Below are positions 19,461-33,800 of a stretch of DNA of 39,206 nucleotides, piece after piece. A program made the position numbers and the translations under genes. Source of the stretch: Callorhinchus milii (taxonomy: Eukaryota); NCBI RefSeq assembly GCF_018977255.1, contig NW_024705498.1, forward strand, positions 1 to 39,206, written 5' to 3'. Each line of letters begins with the position of its first letter. Position 1 is the first letter of the stretch. The notes beneath the pieces were generated by a model. That model had not been told where the DNA came from. It worked only from the letters and a program-made list of their open reading frames with translations, and searched no databases.

Positions 19461-22400
19461 ATTTAAAAGTTTTATTAACTTCTCAGCAGGTACAAAAAAA
19501 CCAAAAAGAGTACTGAAAAACACTCTTTCCCGGGCGCCTCCGATCGGCCCCTTCGAGTCTCCGTCACATCCGCGGGCTCCACTCACATACAATCAGCAGA
19601 AAAAGCTCGTCGCCATAACGCACACCATCCCATGCCCCTTATTACATTCATTACCACCATACACCCGTGCGCTGTTCCATCGCATCGCCTTCCCCGGATC
19701 GAACACGTATATTCCTCTCCCAAATGATTTAGCAGGCCAGTTAACATGTGCATGGCCCTCCTTCTCTATCCCTTCCCTATACCTGCCGGTCCCCTCGCTA
19801 CTCTACGCCGGGTAGGGGCCATTTCCACTTCAAACTTGCAGCTTGTATCCCAGCCTAACCCGATCTACTTCGATCACTCTTTCTAGCAACCTCCTCGCCC
19901 AGTAGCACACCCCAAAAGTGATATAGGGGACCCATCCAACTCTTTTCTGCGGCTCCCCATGAGGCTCCTTTGTCGCACCTATTATGGCCCACGTTCGATC
20001 TCTGTTATCTCCCCGCACCTCCCTTAAGACTCCCCACATAATGTCCCGACTTGTCACCTGCGACGGGTAAAACCAGGACAACAGCAGACTGCTCAGTCTC
20101 CACACCTCCTGTGCGAAGGGACACTTCATCATGACGTGCACCGCGTCCTCGTCTGTGCTGCAGCCCCTCGGGCATTTGGGCGAATGTGCCATTCGGCGGG
20201 AAAACATGAAGCCCCTTCGTCACTAATCTATCCCATACCGCCAACCAGGACAGATATCTCTGTTCTTTTGTGAGTGCCGTTGAAGAGATGTTCTTCCACA
20301 CTTGGCAGTACATAGTCCTCTTTGCGCCCATCACCCCCTCGCAAGCCTCCCCTTCGTTTATTTCGGCCAGTACCTCCTTGGAGTTCCACGGTCCCCCTCT
20401 CTGACTCAAATTGTACTCTTATATGTAGTCACCCACCGCCGCATTCAGCCATCCTTGTCGCCAGGCCAAGGGCGTGCCCGCCGGTAATTGGGTCATCCCA
20501 AGCCCCATCAGGAGCCACGTCAGGCGATACCTTAAATAACAAGCGGCCTTCCCCCGGGGCTCTTCGGAAAAGAATAACCTCAAGGTGTCGCACACAAAAA
20601 TTGAGGACAGCACACGTGCAATATTTGGGGCGCCCTTCCCCCCGATCGACGCGTTTACACATCACCACCCTTTTCACTCTATCCATCCCGCCTCCCCAAA
20701 TGAATATAAACAACAGTGATTCCAGGATTCTTGCCTCCCTCCTACCTGGCGGTACACAAATGCAAGGTAGTTGAGTGTTGGTAAAACCACCACCCTCACT
20801 ACCAGAATCTTCCCTTCCATCGTGAGCCGTCTCCCGGCCCACTTGCCTAACTGTCCCATTACCTGCTTTATCCTACCGTCCCAGTTTCGTTCCGCCGACC
20901 TCTCTCGGCAAAAGGACACTCCCAAGACCTTGACTTCCTCCGTCTTTATCCCCAACTCAGGCGGCCGGCCCTCAAATAGTCTCGGGTCCCTGAAGACCAT
21001 CAATTCGCTCTTTCTCGCGTTCACCTTCAAGCCGGAGGCCAGGCCGAATCGGTTTGTCTCCTTCATGGTCCCCCACACTGATGCCACGTCCCTACAGAGC
21101 ACGACTACGTCATCCATATATAGCGCCACCTTCCCCTGTTCCTTATTCCCGGGGATGGTCACTTCCTTTAATCTCCTCATTGTTTCTCATTGCCTGTGCA
21201 AGGGGTTCACTACACATTACAAATAGAACCGCGGACATCGGGCACCCCTGTCTCACCCTTGACTCTACTGGAATTGTCCCCGAGAGCTCCCCATTTATCA
21301 GTAGTCTGGTCTTGAGCCCTTGGTAAAGACGCCTCACCCAATCGACCAAGGGTCCCCTCACTCCTATTTTTTACAACACTGCGAACATGTACTCGTGCGA
21401 GAGGCGGTCGAAAGCCTTCTCAAGATCCAGGCTAAGAAGCCCTAGGGGGCATCCCCTCTCTCCTTCTACCTCTATTACCTCCCTTAATAAAATCAGGGAG
21501 TCCGAAATCCTCCTTCCTGGCACCGCACACGTCTGGTCGGGTTAGACTACTCCCTCCACCACCTTCCCCAGGCGCGTCGCAGCTATTTTTGCCATGATCT
21601 TGTAATCCGAGTTCAGGAGCGTAACTGGACGCCAGTTTCCCAACTCTCTCCGGTCCCCTTCTTCTTATACATCAGCGTGATGAGCCCCTCGCACATTTCT
21701 TCTGGCACCAGTCCGCCCTCCAGCATTTCCCTATTCATCTGCAGCATGTCCCCTTTCATTAAATCCCAGAATGTAATATAGAATTCTGCTGGAATTCCAT
21801 CCAGTCCTGGGTCCTATTCCTATTCTGCCTCCTCACTGCCTCCTCCACTTCCTCCATCTGGATCCTCCCTCCCAGTACCTCTGGGTTCTTAACCTCATGT
21901 CTTAGCTCCCTAGTAGTGCCTCCCTTATTCCCTTATCCGTTCCTTTCCTCCCATACAACTCCCCATAGTACTCCTCCGCTATCTCTATCATACCCTCTGT
22001 CGTTGCCTGCCTGCCTCTGACCGGACTCACCAATTCCCTAAGTGTGTTGTCTCCTGCCTTGCATTCTTAAAGAAGAAACTCGTACATTTCTCTCCCTGTT
22101 CCGTTGCCCTGACCCTTGCCCTGTATGCCATTTGTTTGACTCTTTTCTCCAATACCGAGGATAACCTTCCCTTCAATCTCCATATATCCTCACCCACCGG
22201 GAATCCCAGCTCAAGTAACCTGTGCTTCTTCTCGATTCTGCGTTCCACAGCTGCAGTTCCCTGTTTACACTCCTCCTTCTACTATGTGTCTGGAAGAGGG
22301 CCTTTATCCGCCCTTCACCATGCTCCACCACTCCACCCTCGTGGCGAAACATTCCTGCAGGGTCATCCAGTCTTCGTACTTCCTTACAAAGTCTTCCACG

Positions 22401-25211
22401 ACCCTTCTGTCTTCCAACAGGCTTACATTCATTTTCCAGGTTCCCTTCCCCATCTTCAGGCCACCTGGAATACCGAGCCTTGCCTTCACCAAATTGTGAT
22501 TGACAAGGGGAAGGGTTCCAGGTCTGCTCCATCCACCTTCACATTGGCAGACACAAAGATGAAATCTATTCGTGATTGCGTTCTACCGCCTTTATCCGAC
22601 CACGTGTATCCCGGTCTCACCGGGTGTACCTTTCTGAAGGTGTCAGTCATTTTAAAATCCTCTATCAGCTCCTTCAACTTCCTAGAGGAAGGGTCGAGCC
22701 TCCTCCTCCCAGCCACCGATAATAGGTCTGCCAGGCACAACGGGCAGTTAAAATCACCCCCCATTATGACTTGCGTCTCGTCACGAGCAGGGTCGCTACA
22801 TTATTCCATAGGTCCACTCTTTCTGTGCACGTCGTGGGGGCGTTCACATTTATTAGTCTCAGGTTGCCTCTCCATAAGACACGTCCACATAATGGAGGCG
22901 GCCCGGGATCACCTCTTGGGACCCGACTATCTGTATACCCCTCCTGCCTAGGAGGGTAACCACCCCGTGCATCGATTTTCATTACTCCCGGACCAAAAGT
23001 AGTAGCCATCCAGCTTTCCAACAGCTCCTCCCGCCAGGGTGTATGGTAGGTGGCATTCCTGGAGGAAGACCACCTCCCACTTGGTAGCCTGTAGCAGTTG
23101 TATTATTGCTTTCTCTCCTTCAAGCCTCTCACATTTACGGACGCCACGGAAAGTCCATGTTGGGATGTGTCTCAGTCCGAACGGCCTTTCCGCTCGCCCT
23201 CCTAGAAGTCTTCATTCACCAGTTCCCGTAATTTCATTTTGCCCCTTGCTCTCAAGGGTTTCCCCTGCGCCAGCTCCCCACCATTTCCTTCATCCCCTCC
23301 CTCGAGGCCTCCGTGTCCAGCGAGGAGTCCGAGGGTCCCGAGCTGTCTGAAGGGGCGATTCTTTTTAGGCTCTCTGTATCCTCCTTTTTCTTCCATTGGT
23401 CCCTCCCATTCTCGCTATCGTTATCGCCTTCCTCCTGTTGTTGTTCCCCTTTTTCTCCATCCTCCTCCACTACCTCCGCCCAGTCTTCCACGGTCTTCTT
23501 TGTGATGCTTTCCATGCCGTCGCTCCCCTCCCCCGTCAGCCCGCTTCCTGCTCGCTCGATGTTGATTCTGCTCTTTCTGCATGCCTCTCCCCTTCTCCCC
23601 CTCCGTCCGTCGCTGGTAGCTGCTGCTCGCCACCTCCCCTCGTTCTTCCCTCACCGTTCCTTATCCGGGTCCAGTTTGGTCCCATCCCCTTCCTCATCCC
23701 CACTCCTCCTGCCCTTACGCCCTAACCTTGTTGGCGTACGACTCCGACAATTTTTCTACAGATGTTCTCAGCTACCGCAGAGGTTACATGTGCCGGAACA
23801 CTGCATTCTTCTACCTCGTGGTCCAGTGCCTTGCATCTATAGCAGACTTTTGTCTTGCACGCTGCGGCCAGGTGACCGCTTCCCCACACCTCCTACACAG
23901 TTTAGGTTGTCCGGCATACACAACATATCCTCGGTTGCCTCCTATGTTCAGGGCACTCGGGATGTGTCTCAAGGCCCTCCCTCTGTTTTCACCGCACCCT
24001 CCATTTCTTGCCCCTGTCCATATCCCCATGAGTCCCTCACCTTTTTACAGCCCGACAGTACCGAGCAGTGCTGTTTTAGCCAGACCTCCACTCGTGGTCA
24101 TGTAGGGCTTCATTGTATAGGAAAATAGTCGCACCTTCGTGTCAGCTCTGATAACAGTTGTAGCTTCATTGATGTCAATGGCTTCTCCTCCGCTTTTCCT
24201 CGAAGCGGGTCAAAATCTTTGTAGCAGGGGCTTGAGTTAAAGCTTACATCAAACGCCCTCCCTCCGGCAGAGTTATCAAACAGTACAAGTCTGTCGGCTC
24301 TATTTGTAGCAAGCCCATCATTATGACCGTACAAAGGTCGCCGGTCGATGGTCACTTCTTCTGCTACCTCATCCTTCATCACTACCTGGACGCAATTATA
24401 TCGCTTGACGTGAGGTGGTGTCAGACTCACCCCTGCCCCGCCTCTCCATTTCCCGGCTCGTTCCCGGGGCCTCCCAGCTCCCACCGGTCCAGCGTCCACT
24501 GTCGCGTTCTCCCTCCGGGCCTCCCCCTGCCCCAGGGTTGCTGGCGTCTCCCTGGCTTCGTTCCCCACCCTCCACTCGGGGGCACCCGCCTCTCTGCTCC
24601 GACGCCATATCTTTTCTCCTCGGCCTCCCTCACCCACTCCATCAGCTCCCACCCTCCCATCCATTTCCTCCATCCTCTCCTTCTGCCGTGCCTCCGCCGC
24701 ATTCCTCTCCATCCGTCTCCGTGCCTCCTCACGCATCCCCCGCTGCCGGCGGGTCGGTCTGGTTGCCCCAGTCCCCTCCGGCAGCAAGGTGGTGTCGGTG
24801 GCCCTCTGCTTTCGCCGCGTCTTCTTCTTGTCTCCTGCAGTCACCGTCTGGCCGACTCTGTCGTCCCAGGCTCCCTCAGCAGTGCAGGTGGCGTTCATTT
24901 CTCTTGACGCACTCCCTGCTTCCTTTTCATCTGCTGCGAGCATAAGCTGGGCGGCTCGGTCATCCCAGTCTCCTTCAGCAACTCGGGTGGCCCTCGTGGT
25001 CCTTGACTCTCGCCATTTCCCCTTCTTCGTCTGTTGCGATTTCCGTCTCCATTCTCCAGCAGTCCCTGCTTCTTGGCAGCGTGGTCATCCCTGGCCACAC
25101 GGTCAGGGCCCTCGCAGGCCTCGGGGCTGGTGGCTAGGTCTCACTTGAGATCCGACGGGCTGGAAGGATCACCTCGGTGCTCCTGGTGTCTCCCCTGGCA
25201 AGCCAGGGCGT
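19461..25211 (-). mobile_element. Tx1-clade (L1 group) non-LTR retrotransposon, copy A, heavily frameshifted
   Basis: ORF1 remnants (KRYNCVQV, GIWTGAR, VYAGQPKLCRRCG). ORF2 from ~23158 to ~19798 with APE (GGDFNC, SRIDFIF), RT (RQGCPMS, LYMDD) and CPRGC..H..C finger. AATAAA at 19471-19476. Confidence 0.92.
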
Positions 25212-25473
25212 ATTTAAGGTTTTTATTTCATTTCAATCAAGAGCAGGCCTCTGCCTTGTACAGACAAAATAACAGAAAAAGACAGGAAAACACATGAACG
25301 TAACCGGAACAGGGGGTCTTTTTTACAGCAGATGCACCGAGTACGCCGCGGTCGAGTTCCCCTCTTCCACACCCTTTACTCCGAAAAGGCAAGAAGTCAC
25401 CGTCCCAACGGAGGGGGGGGGGGGTACGTTCATCCACCCATTCTCGTCGAAGGGGGGGGGGGTCGTTCCGAAT

Positions 25474-28400
25474 TCAGCCTATCCCGCACTTGGGTGGCGG
25501 CCATCGCCACTTCGCGTTTGTGGCACGCCTGCCCTTCGTCTCCCGCTCCACCTCCACCACCCTTTCCAACAGCCCCCTGGCTAGGCGGCATACCCCGTGG
25601 GGCGACATATAGATGCCTTTAACCAGCTTCTGGCGGCCCGTCCACAGGGCCTCTTTTATGGCGCCTATTACGGCCCACGCCTGAGTCCAAACCTCGCCCG
25701 CCCTCTGTCTGAACCTCCCCCAAATTAAATCAGACACCGTTGTCTTTACGGGGCAAAAATGGGACAGCAGAGGCCGACATAACTCCCACACCTCCTGGGC
25801 AAATGGGCACTGTATGAGGGCGTGAGAAGTGTTCTCACTCAGGTTACAGCCTCTCGGGCAATCAGGAGAGCGGGCCATTCTACGGGAGCACATAAACTGT
25901 CGGCATTCCAGCCTGTCCCATGCTGCCAGCCAGGATAAATCCCGCTGTCTTTTTGTCAGGGCTGCCGATGTTACGTTCTCCCAAATTTGCCGGTGCCCAG
26001 CGCCCCGTGCACCTGGCACCTCTGAACAGACCTCCTTTTTGGAGATTTCCGCCAGGACTTCCCTGGGGACCCAGGACCCCCGTGTCCTGACCGGCTCGTA
26101 CTTTGTAACGTATTCATTCACCGCGGTGCACAACCACCCCTGGGGCCAAGCCAGAGGGGTGCCGCGCGGCAACGAAGCCATGCCTAGCCGCCGCAGGAGC
26201 CACGCCAGCCTGTACTGTACAAGATACGAGGCTTTCACTTGGAGGCCACTGGAGAAATACAGGCGCAGGGTATCACAGACAAAAATCGTGTCCAGAATGC
26301 ACGCGACGTTCGGGGCCCCCTCCCACCGTTCTCGGCACGTTTATACATTATCCCCCGTCCAACCCGGTCCATCCCATTCCCCCAGATGAACCTGAAGAAC
26401 AGGCGCTCCATTCTTTTCGCCATCTGCGCGCCCGGCGGGAAAACGTAGGCCAGGTAGATGAGCGTCGGGAGGATTTCCACCCTCAGGACCAATATTCTGC
26501 CTTCCATTGAGAGGCACCTGTCTGCCCAACCAGCCAGCCTGCCCTCACCATGCTCTCCTTTCCCTTCCAATTCTTTGCCGCCGAGTCTTCCCTGTAAAAT
26601 GTGACCCCCAGGATTTTGATCCCCTCCTCCTGGACTGTTATACCTGGGGGGTGACCCTCGAATAACCTGGGGTCTCCGAATATCATCATCTCGCTTTTTC
26701 TTACATTGACCTTAGATCCCGAGGCCAAGAAGAATTCATGCGCGAGGCCTAGGGTCGCCCATACCGAAGAGACGTCCCCACAGAAAATAACGACATCATC
26801 CATATACATGGCGATTTTTGCTGGTTCAGTGCACCCTGGCATGCACACCCCTCTAATCTGCCGACTTCTTCTGACTGCCTGGGCGAAAGGCTCCATGCAC
26901 AGTATGAAGAGCACTGGTGACATCGGACACCCTTGTCGTACGCCGGACCCAATTGGGAAGCCCTCCGATAGGACCCCATTAATTAGCAGGCTGGCTGCAA
27001 GGTTGTGGTATAGCTTCCTGATCCAATCGATCAGCCGTTTGCCCACCCCCATACGCTCCAGGACCGCGAACAAATAGTCATGTGAGATGCTATCGAAGGC
27101 TTTTTCCTGATCTAAACTTAGCAATCCCAATGAGTTACCCCTCTCCTGTGTGACTTCCACTATCTCCCTCAAGAGGACAAGGTTGTCAGATATTCTCCTC
27201 CCCGGGACCGCGCACTTTTGGTCTGACCCAACCACCTCCCCCACCACCTTCCCCAGCCGCGCCGCAATAACCTTGGCTAGGATTTTGTAATCGGAGTTGA
27301 GCAAGGTGATGGGGCGCCAGCTCCCAAGGTCGCTGCGCTCCCCCTTGCCCTTGTATACAAGGGTTATCACTCCTCTTGTCATCGATTCAGGCACTGGGCC
27401 TTCCTCCAATATTTCTTTATACATGTGCCACATATCCTCTTGGATGGTACTCCAGAACGTGATATAAAATTCCGCTGGTATCCCATCCTCCCCTGGTGCC
27501 CTTTGCCGATGTAGCCCCGCTACCGCCTCTTCCAGTTCTGCCATCTGGATAGGCTTGTTCATCTTACCCGGAGCCTCGATTACCCTGTCTACCTCCCCTA
27601 GCATGGTGTCTCGTGGCCCCACCTGTGACTGTCTACTCGTGTATATTTCCTTAAAGTAACCCCTCGCAGCCTCTACTATTTCCTCCGTTTGCGTAAGCTT
27701 ACCTAGGCTGGGTCTTATTAGTTTGCGAATTGTGTTGTCCTCTTTCCTGCATTTCTTGAAAAAGAATCTCGTGCATTGCTCACCTTCTTCCACCTCCTTC
27801 ACTCTCGCCCTAAAAGCGAGCTGCGCTGCGCGCCTCTGCAATAACCTGGAAACCTTATCTTTCAGCTGGCTTATTTCCCCCATGACTGGAAATCCCACTT
27901 CCAGCAGTTTATAGGCTCCTTCCAATCTCCCATTCAATTTTCGCAGAGCACCCATCACACTCCTCCTCCTGCCCAGGATCTGGAAAAAGTCCCTAATTCG
28001 CACCTTTACCATCCCCCACCACTCGGCCATAGTGGAGAAGCAGCATTGTAGGCTCCTCCACTGCTCATATTGACTGACGAATTCCCCCACAACCTTTTTG
28101 TCTGCCAGCAGCCCCGTATTCAGTCTCCACATCCCTCTTCCCAATCTCAGGCCTCCTGGAATTCGGAGCCTCGCGGCAATCAACTTATGGTCAGAGAAGA
28201 AAAAGGGTTCAATCTCCACCCTCTCTGCCTTCACTTTAGCAGAGACGAAAAGATAGTCGATCCTCGAGTGTAAAGTGCCCAAACAGCTGGACCACGTGTA
28301 GCCCGGCCGTTTTGGGTGCTCCAACCGGTAAGTGTCTTTCAGTTCGAAGTCACTAATCAGGGCAGCTAACCTCCTGGAAGAGGGGTCCAACCGCCGGCCT

Positions 28401-28867
28401 CCGGTGGCTGGCAACGTATCTGACAGAGACAAAGGGCAATTAAAATCTCCCCCCACAATTACGTGTCTTCTTGTTAGTAGCAAGGCAGCCACATTCTCCA
28501 GGAGCTCCACTCGTTCCGGGGAGCGCGTGGAGGCATACACGTTGATCAGACGAACCGCCACGCCATCGTATGAAGCGTCAATATATTGGAGTCGTCCCGG
28601 GACCACCTCTCGGGCCTCCTGTATTTCCACGTTCCTTCTTCCGAAGAGAATGACAACACCCGAGTTCTTATTAACGTTACTACCGGACCAGTAGCATCGT
28701 CCATCCCATTCCCTGGCAAGCTCCTCCCGACCGAGGGAGTATGGCAATCCACACTCCTGCAGGAAATAGATGTCCTTTTTCAAGCCCTGTAGGTAGTTCA
28801 ATACAGCCCTCCTCTTGGCCCTGCCCCTCATCCCCCTCACATTTACCGAGGCTAGGGAGAGGTCCAT
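25474..28867 (-). pseudogene. Tx1 copy B ORF2 (APE endonuclease, RT, Cys-rich C-terminus), frameshifted near the C-terminal third
   Basis: MDLSLASVNVRG, LQEC, GGDFNC, SRIDY, SDH, PGEDG, WRPITLLNSDYKIL, LDQEKAFD, RQGCPMSP, YMDD, CPRGC..HALIQC. Confidence 0.9.
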
Positions 28868-28885
28868 TCAGATTTGCCCCCCCGC

Positions 28886-30524
28886 CTACTCAGACACTTC
28901 GTCTAATATTTCGTAGCAGTTTTTATCTGCCAAGACCAGCAGCTGCCCCGCAGTCTTGAGTTCCGGGGCCGACCTTCTCCCTTGGTTGGTCTTTGTCCTC
29001 ACCCTTCCATCGTCCGACGACCTCGCGTCCGTCGAGGAGTCTGTTGCCTCCAGGTCCCGTTTGCGGGCCGTCCTCGCTGGGCCACGCGTCGCTTTCCGCT
29101 TCCTTTTCACCACCTTCTTGAATTCCTCCCTCCTGGTGCTCTCCCTCTGCTGCTCCTCTCCGTCCTCCCCGGCCTCCACCGCCTCGCCCAGTCAACCACC
29201 GTTGGGTCGGGGGGTTTTCCCACGGACTCCTCGTCCTCGTCCCCGGGGTGCTCCACCTGCCGGCCCGTGGGATCCGCGTCTTCCTCCGACGTCATCTCCC
29301 CCTCCTCCCTCTCGTCCTGCAGTGGCGTACCCTGCCTGCTCACCTCTCCACCCCCATCCTCCATCTTCCCGCCGGGCTGCGTTGGCTTCAGCCCGTCCTC
29401 GGCCACCTCCCCTTCTCCATCCGCCACCCTGCTCCTGTGTGCGCGGACCTTGTTTGCGTACGACAGCGGGCAGTCCCTGTACAGGTGGTCTTTATTCCCG
29501 CATAGGTTGCACAATGCCGGGGCGCAGCATTCTGACACAACGTGGTCCCGTGCCTTGCATCGGAAGCATATCCGTGCCTCGCACGCTGCAGCCAGATGGC
29601 CGCTTCCCCCACATCGCCTGCAGAGCTTCGGCTGCCCCGCGTACACCACGTAGCCCCTATTGCCACCAATGTTCAGGGCGCTCGGGATGTGTTGCAAAGC
29701 CCCTTCTGCCGTTCTCAACCTCACTCGCCATTGTCTGGCGCCCGTCCAGATCCCTAAAGAGTCTTGGACCCGTTTACTGTCCGAAAGCACCAGGCAGTGC
29801 TGCCTCAGCCACACCTCGACGTCGTGGTCTGGCAGAGTCTCATTATACAAAAATGGTGACCATTTTTGTGTCTAGCTCAGAGAGCAGTTGGAGTTTAAGC
29901 AGTGACAGGGGCCTTCCCCCGCCTTCTCCTCGAACAAAGTCATAAAGCGTTGCAGCAAGTTACTTGTCTTGAAGCTCACGTCAAAAGCCCGGCCACCCGG
30001 CAGGCAATCAAACAAAACAGATCCGCAGGATCCACTCGCAGAGTTTCTATCATCACAGACCGCACGAATCTTGGTCTGTCGATAGTGACCTCCTCAGGCA
30101 CGTCCTCCTTGAAGGACACCCGTACACAATTGTGCCGCTTGGCGTGTATCGGGGTGAAGTTCACGCCCGGTCCTCCGCGCCACCGCCCTGTGTGCTCCTG
30201 GGGCCGCCCTGCCCCCACAGGTCCCGGACTTGCCTGGACAGCGTCGCTTTGGGCACCTTGCGCCTGCAGGCCCGCCGAGCTCGGTGCTTCCTCCGCCTCC
30301 TCTCCTGGGCTGGCCGACACCATTTCACTCCTCGTCGGCTCCTCTCCCTTCCTCGCCTGCTGCCACCAGGCGTCCTCCTCCGCTCGCCTCGAGGTCGACG
30401 CTCGCGCCTCGTCCCTCTCCTCTGCGGGTCTCCCTCCTCCAGGCAGTCCCACCTCACCATCCTCTGCAGCAGCCAAACTGGCCCGCTCACCTCGGCTCAC
30501 CACCCCAGAACGCTTGGTCGCCAT
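28886..30524 (-). pseudogene. Tx1 copy B ORF1 (RRM-like region plus CCHC knuckles), frameshifted
   Basis: ATG at 30524. CRRCGGSGHLAAAC, CFRCKARDHVVSEC, CNLCGNKDHLYRDC, followed by an acidic/basic tail. Confidence 0.88.
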
Positions 30525-30887
30525 GGCCCTGAGGGCCTGCGAGGCTGCCACTGGCCAGGCAGCCAGGGAGCCGAGACTAGGCACGACACCAGCAGAGACA
30601 CGGTAGAGAAAAACCAGCCGCTCGTGATTTAAGGTTTTTATTTCCTTTCAAGCAGGAGCAGGCCTCTGCCTTGTACAGCCAAAAGAACCGGAACAACCAC
30701 ATAAACGTAACGGGAACAGGGGATCCCCTTCACTGCCGACCCACCGAGCTACGCCGCGATCGAGTTCCCCTCTTTCACACCCTTCACTCAGAAAAAAAAA
30801 AAAACCCAAAAATTCACCGTCGCAAAAAAGAAAGGGGGGGGGTACGTTCATCCACTCATTCTCGAAAGGGGGGGGGTCGTTTCGAAT

Positions 30888-33800
30888 TCAGCCCATCCCG
30901 CACTTGGGCAGCGGCCACCGCCACTTCGCGCCTGTGGCTGCTCGCCCATTGTCGCCCGCTCCACCTCCACCACCCTCTCCAACAGCCCCCTGGCCAGTCG
31001 GCACACCTCGGGAGGCGACATATAGGCGCCCTTAATCAGTTTCTGGCGCGCCATCCACAGGGCCTCTTTTACGGCACCTATGACGGCCCATGCCTGAGCC
31101 CAGACCCCACCCGCTCTCTGCCTGAACATCCCCCAAATCATATTAGGCGCTGTGGCCTTTACGGGGCAAAAATGGGACAGCAGGGGTCGGCTTAACTCCC
31201 ACACCTCCTGGGCAAATGGGCACTGTACGAGGGCATGAGCAGCGCTCTCTCCCAGGCCGCAGCCTCTCGGGCAATCAGGTGAGCGGGCCAATCTGCGGGA
31301 GCACATAAATAGTCTGCACTCCAGCCTGTCCCATGCGGCCAGCCAGGATAAGTCCCGCTGCCTTTTCGTCAGGGCTGCCGATGCTACGTTTTCCCAAATT
31401 TGTCGTGCCCGGGTACCCCGAGCACCTGGCACCTCTGTGCAGACCTCCTTTTTCGACATTTCCGCCAGGACTTCCCTGGGAACCCACGACCCCCGCGTCC
31501 GGTCCGGCTCGTACTTCGTGATGTATTCATTTACCGTGGTGCACAACCACCCCTGAGGCCAAGCCAGGGGGGTGCTGCGCGGCAACGACGCCATGCTTAG
31601 CCGTCTCAGGAGCCACGCCAGTCTATACCGAACATAATATGAGGCTTTCACCTGGAGCCCATTGGAGAAATATAGTCGCAGCGTATTACAGACAAATATC
31701 GTGTTAAGGATGCACACGACATTCGGGGCCCCCCTCCCACCGTTCTCAGCACGTTTGTACATTGTTTCTCTCTTCACTCGGTCCATCCCTCCCCCCCAGA
31801 TGAACTTGAAAAACAGGCGCTCCAACCTTTTTGCCATTTGCGCCCCTGGCGGGAACACGTAGGCCAGGTAGATAAGTACCGGGAGGATTTCCACCCTCAA
31901 AACCAACATTCTACCTTCCATTGAAAGGCGCCTGTCTGCCCAACCAGCCAGCCTGCCTCTCACCATGCACTCTTTTCCCCGCCAATTCTTAGTCGCCGAA
32001 TCCTCCCTATAGAACGTGACTCCTAAGATTTTGATCCCCTCACCCTGGACCGTTATACCTGGCGGGCGGCCCTCAAATAACCTGGGGTCACCGAATATCA
32101 GCAGCTCACTTTTGCTTACATTCACCTTTAATCCTGAGGCCAAAAATAATCTATCCGCAAGCCTTAGGGCCTCCCATACTGAAGCAACATTCCCACAGAA
32201 AATGACAACATCGTCCATATACGTTGCAATTTTTGCTGGTTCCGCACACCCTGGCATGCTCACCCCTCTAATCAGCCGACTTCCCCTGACAGCCTGGGCA
32301 AAAGGCTCCATGCACATTATGAATAACACCGGCGACATCGGGCACCCCTGCCGCACACCGGACCCAATTGGAAACCCCTCCGAGAGGACTCCATTTATTA
32401 GCAGGCTACCTGTGAGCTTATGATATAGCTTCCCTATCCAGTCTATAAGCTGTTTCCCCACCCCCATTTGCCCCAAAACCGCGAACAAATAATCGTGCGA
32501 GATGCTATCAAATGCCTTCTCCTGATCCAAACTGAGTAGACCCAATGAATTACCCCTCTCCACAGTGGTTTCCACCACCTCCCTCAACAGAACGAGGTTA
32601 TCGGATATCCGCCTGCCCGGAACCGCACACTTCTGGTCAGACCCCACCACCTCCCCCACCACCTTCCCCAGACGCGCCGCGATAACTTTGGCCAGGATTT
32701 TATAATCGGTGTTCAGCAGGGTGATCGGGCGCCAGCTCCCGAGGTCGCTGCGCTCCCCCTTCCCCTTGTATATAAGGGTTATGACCCCTCTTGTCATTGA
32801 ACCTGGCACAGGGCCTTCCTCCGTAATTTCCTTATACATCTGCCACATGTCGTCCCTGAGGGTACTCCAAAACGTAACATAGAATTCAGCCGGTATCCCA
32901 TCTAAACCTGGTGCACTGTGCCGACGTAATCCCCCCACCACCTCATCCAATTCTGCCCTCTGGATATGCTTGTTTATCTCCTCTGGAGCCTCAATAACCC
33001 TATCTACCCCCCCTAGCAGTGTGCTCCGCGCCCCCTCGTCTGACGGCCTGCTCCTGTACAATTCCTTGTAGTAACCCCTGGCGGCCTCCGTTATCTCCTC
33101 TGTGTTCTTGAGTCTACCTAACCTGGGACATACCAATTCTCGGATTGTGTTGTCCGCTTTCCTGCACTTCTTAAAGAAAAAACGCGTGCAACGCTCACCC
33201 TCCTCGACCGCCTTCACCCGAGCCCTGAATGCAAGTTGCGCGGCCTGCTTCTCCAACACCGCAGAGATCCTATCTTTTAGTTGCTTTATTTCTCCCATGA
33301 CGGGGAATCCCAGTTCCATCAGTTTATACGCTCCCTCCAATCTCTCATTCAATCCCCGCAACACAACCCCTACGCTCCTCCTTCTACTCTGAGACTGGAA
33401 AAAGGACTTAATTCGCCCCTTCACCATTCCCCACCATTCAGCTATCGTGCCAAAGCAGCACCGCAGGCTCCTCCATTCCTCGTACTGCCTGACAAATTCC
33501 TCCACCACCTTTTTGTCCTCCAGCAGTCCCGAGTTCATGCGCCAGAATCCCCTTCCCAACCTCAGCCCATCTGGAATTCTGAGCCCCCCGCTATCATCTT
33601 ATGGTCAGAAAAAGAGAAAGGTTCGTTTTCCACTCTCTCCACTTTAACCTTGGCAGAGACAAAGAGGAAATCAATCCTCGAGTGTGCGGTTCCCAAACAA
33701 CTCGACCACGTGAACCCTGGTCGCTTTGGGTGTAACGACCGGTAAGCGTCAATCAAATCAAAATCTCCAACCAAAGCCCCCAGCCTCCTAGAGGAGGGGT

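Larger units (their letters stand above)
25212..30626 (-). mobile_element. Tx1-clade non-LTR retrotransposon, copy B, full length
   Basis: 5' UTR, ORF1, ORF2 and a 3' UTR ending AATAAAAAACCTTAAAT. Confidence 0.95.
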
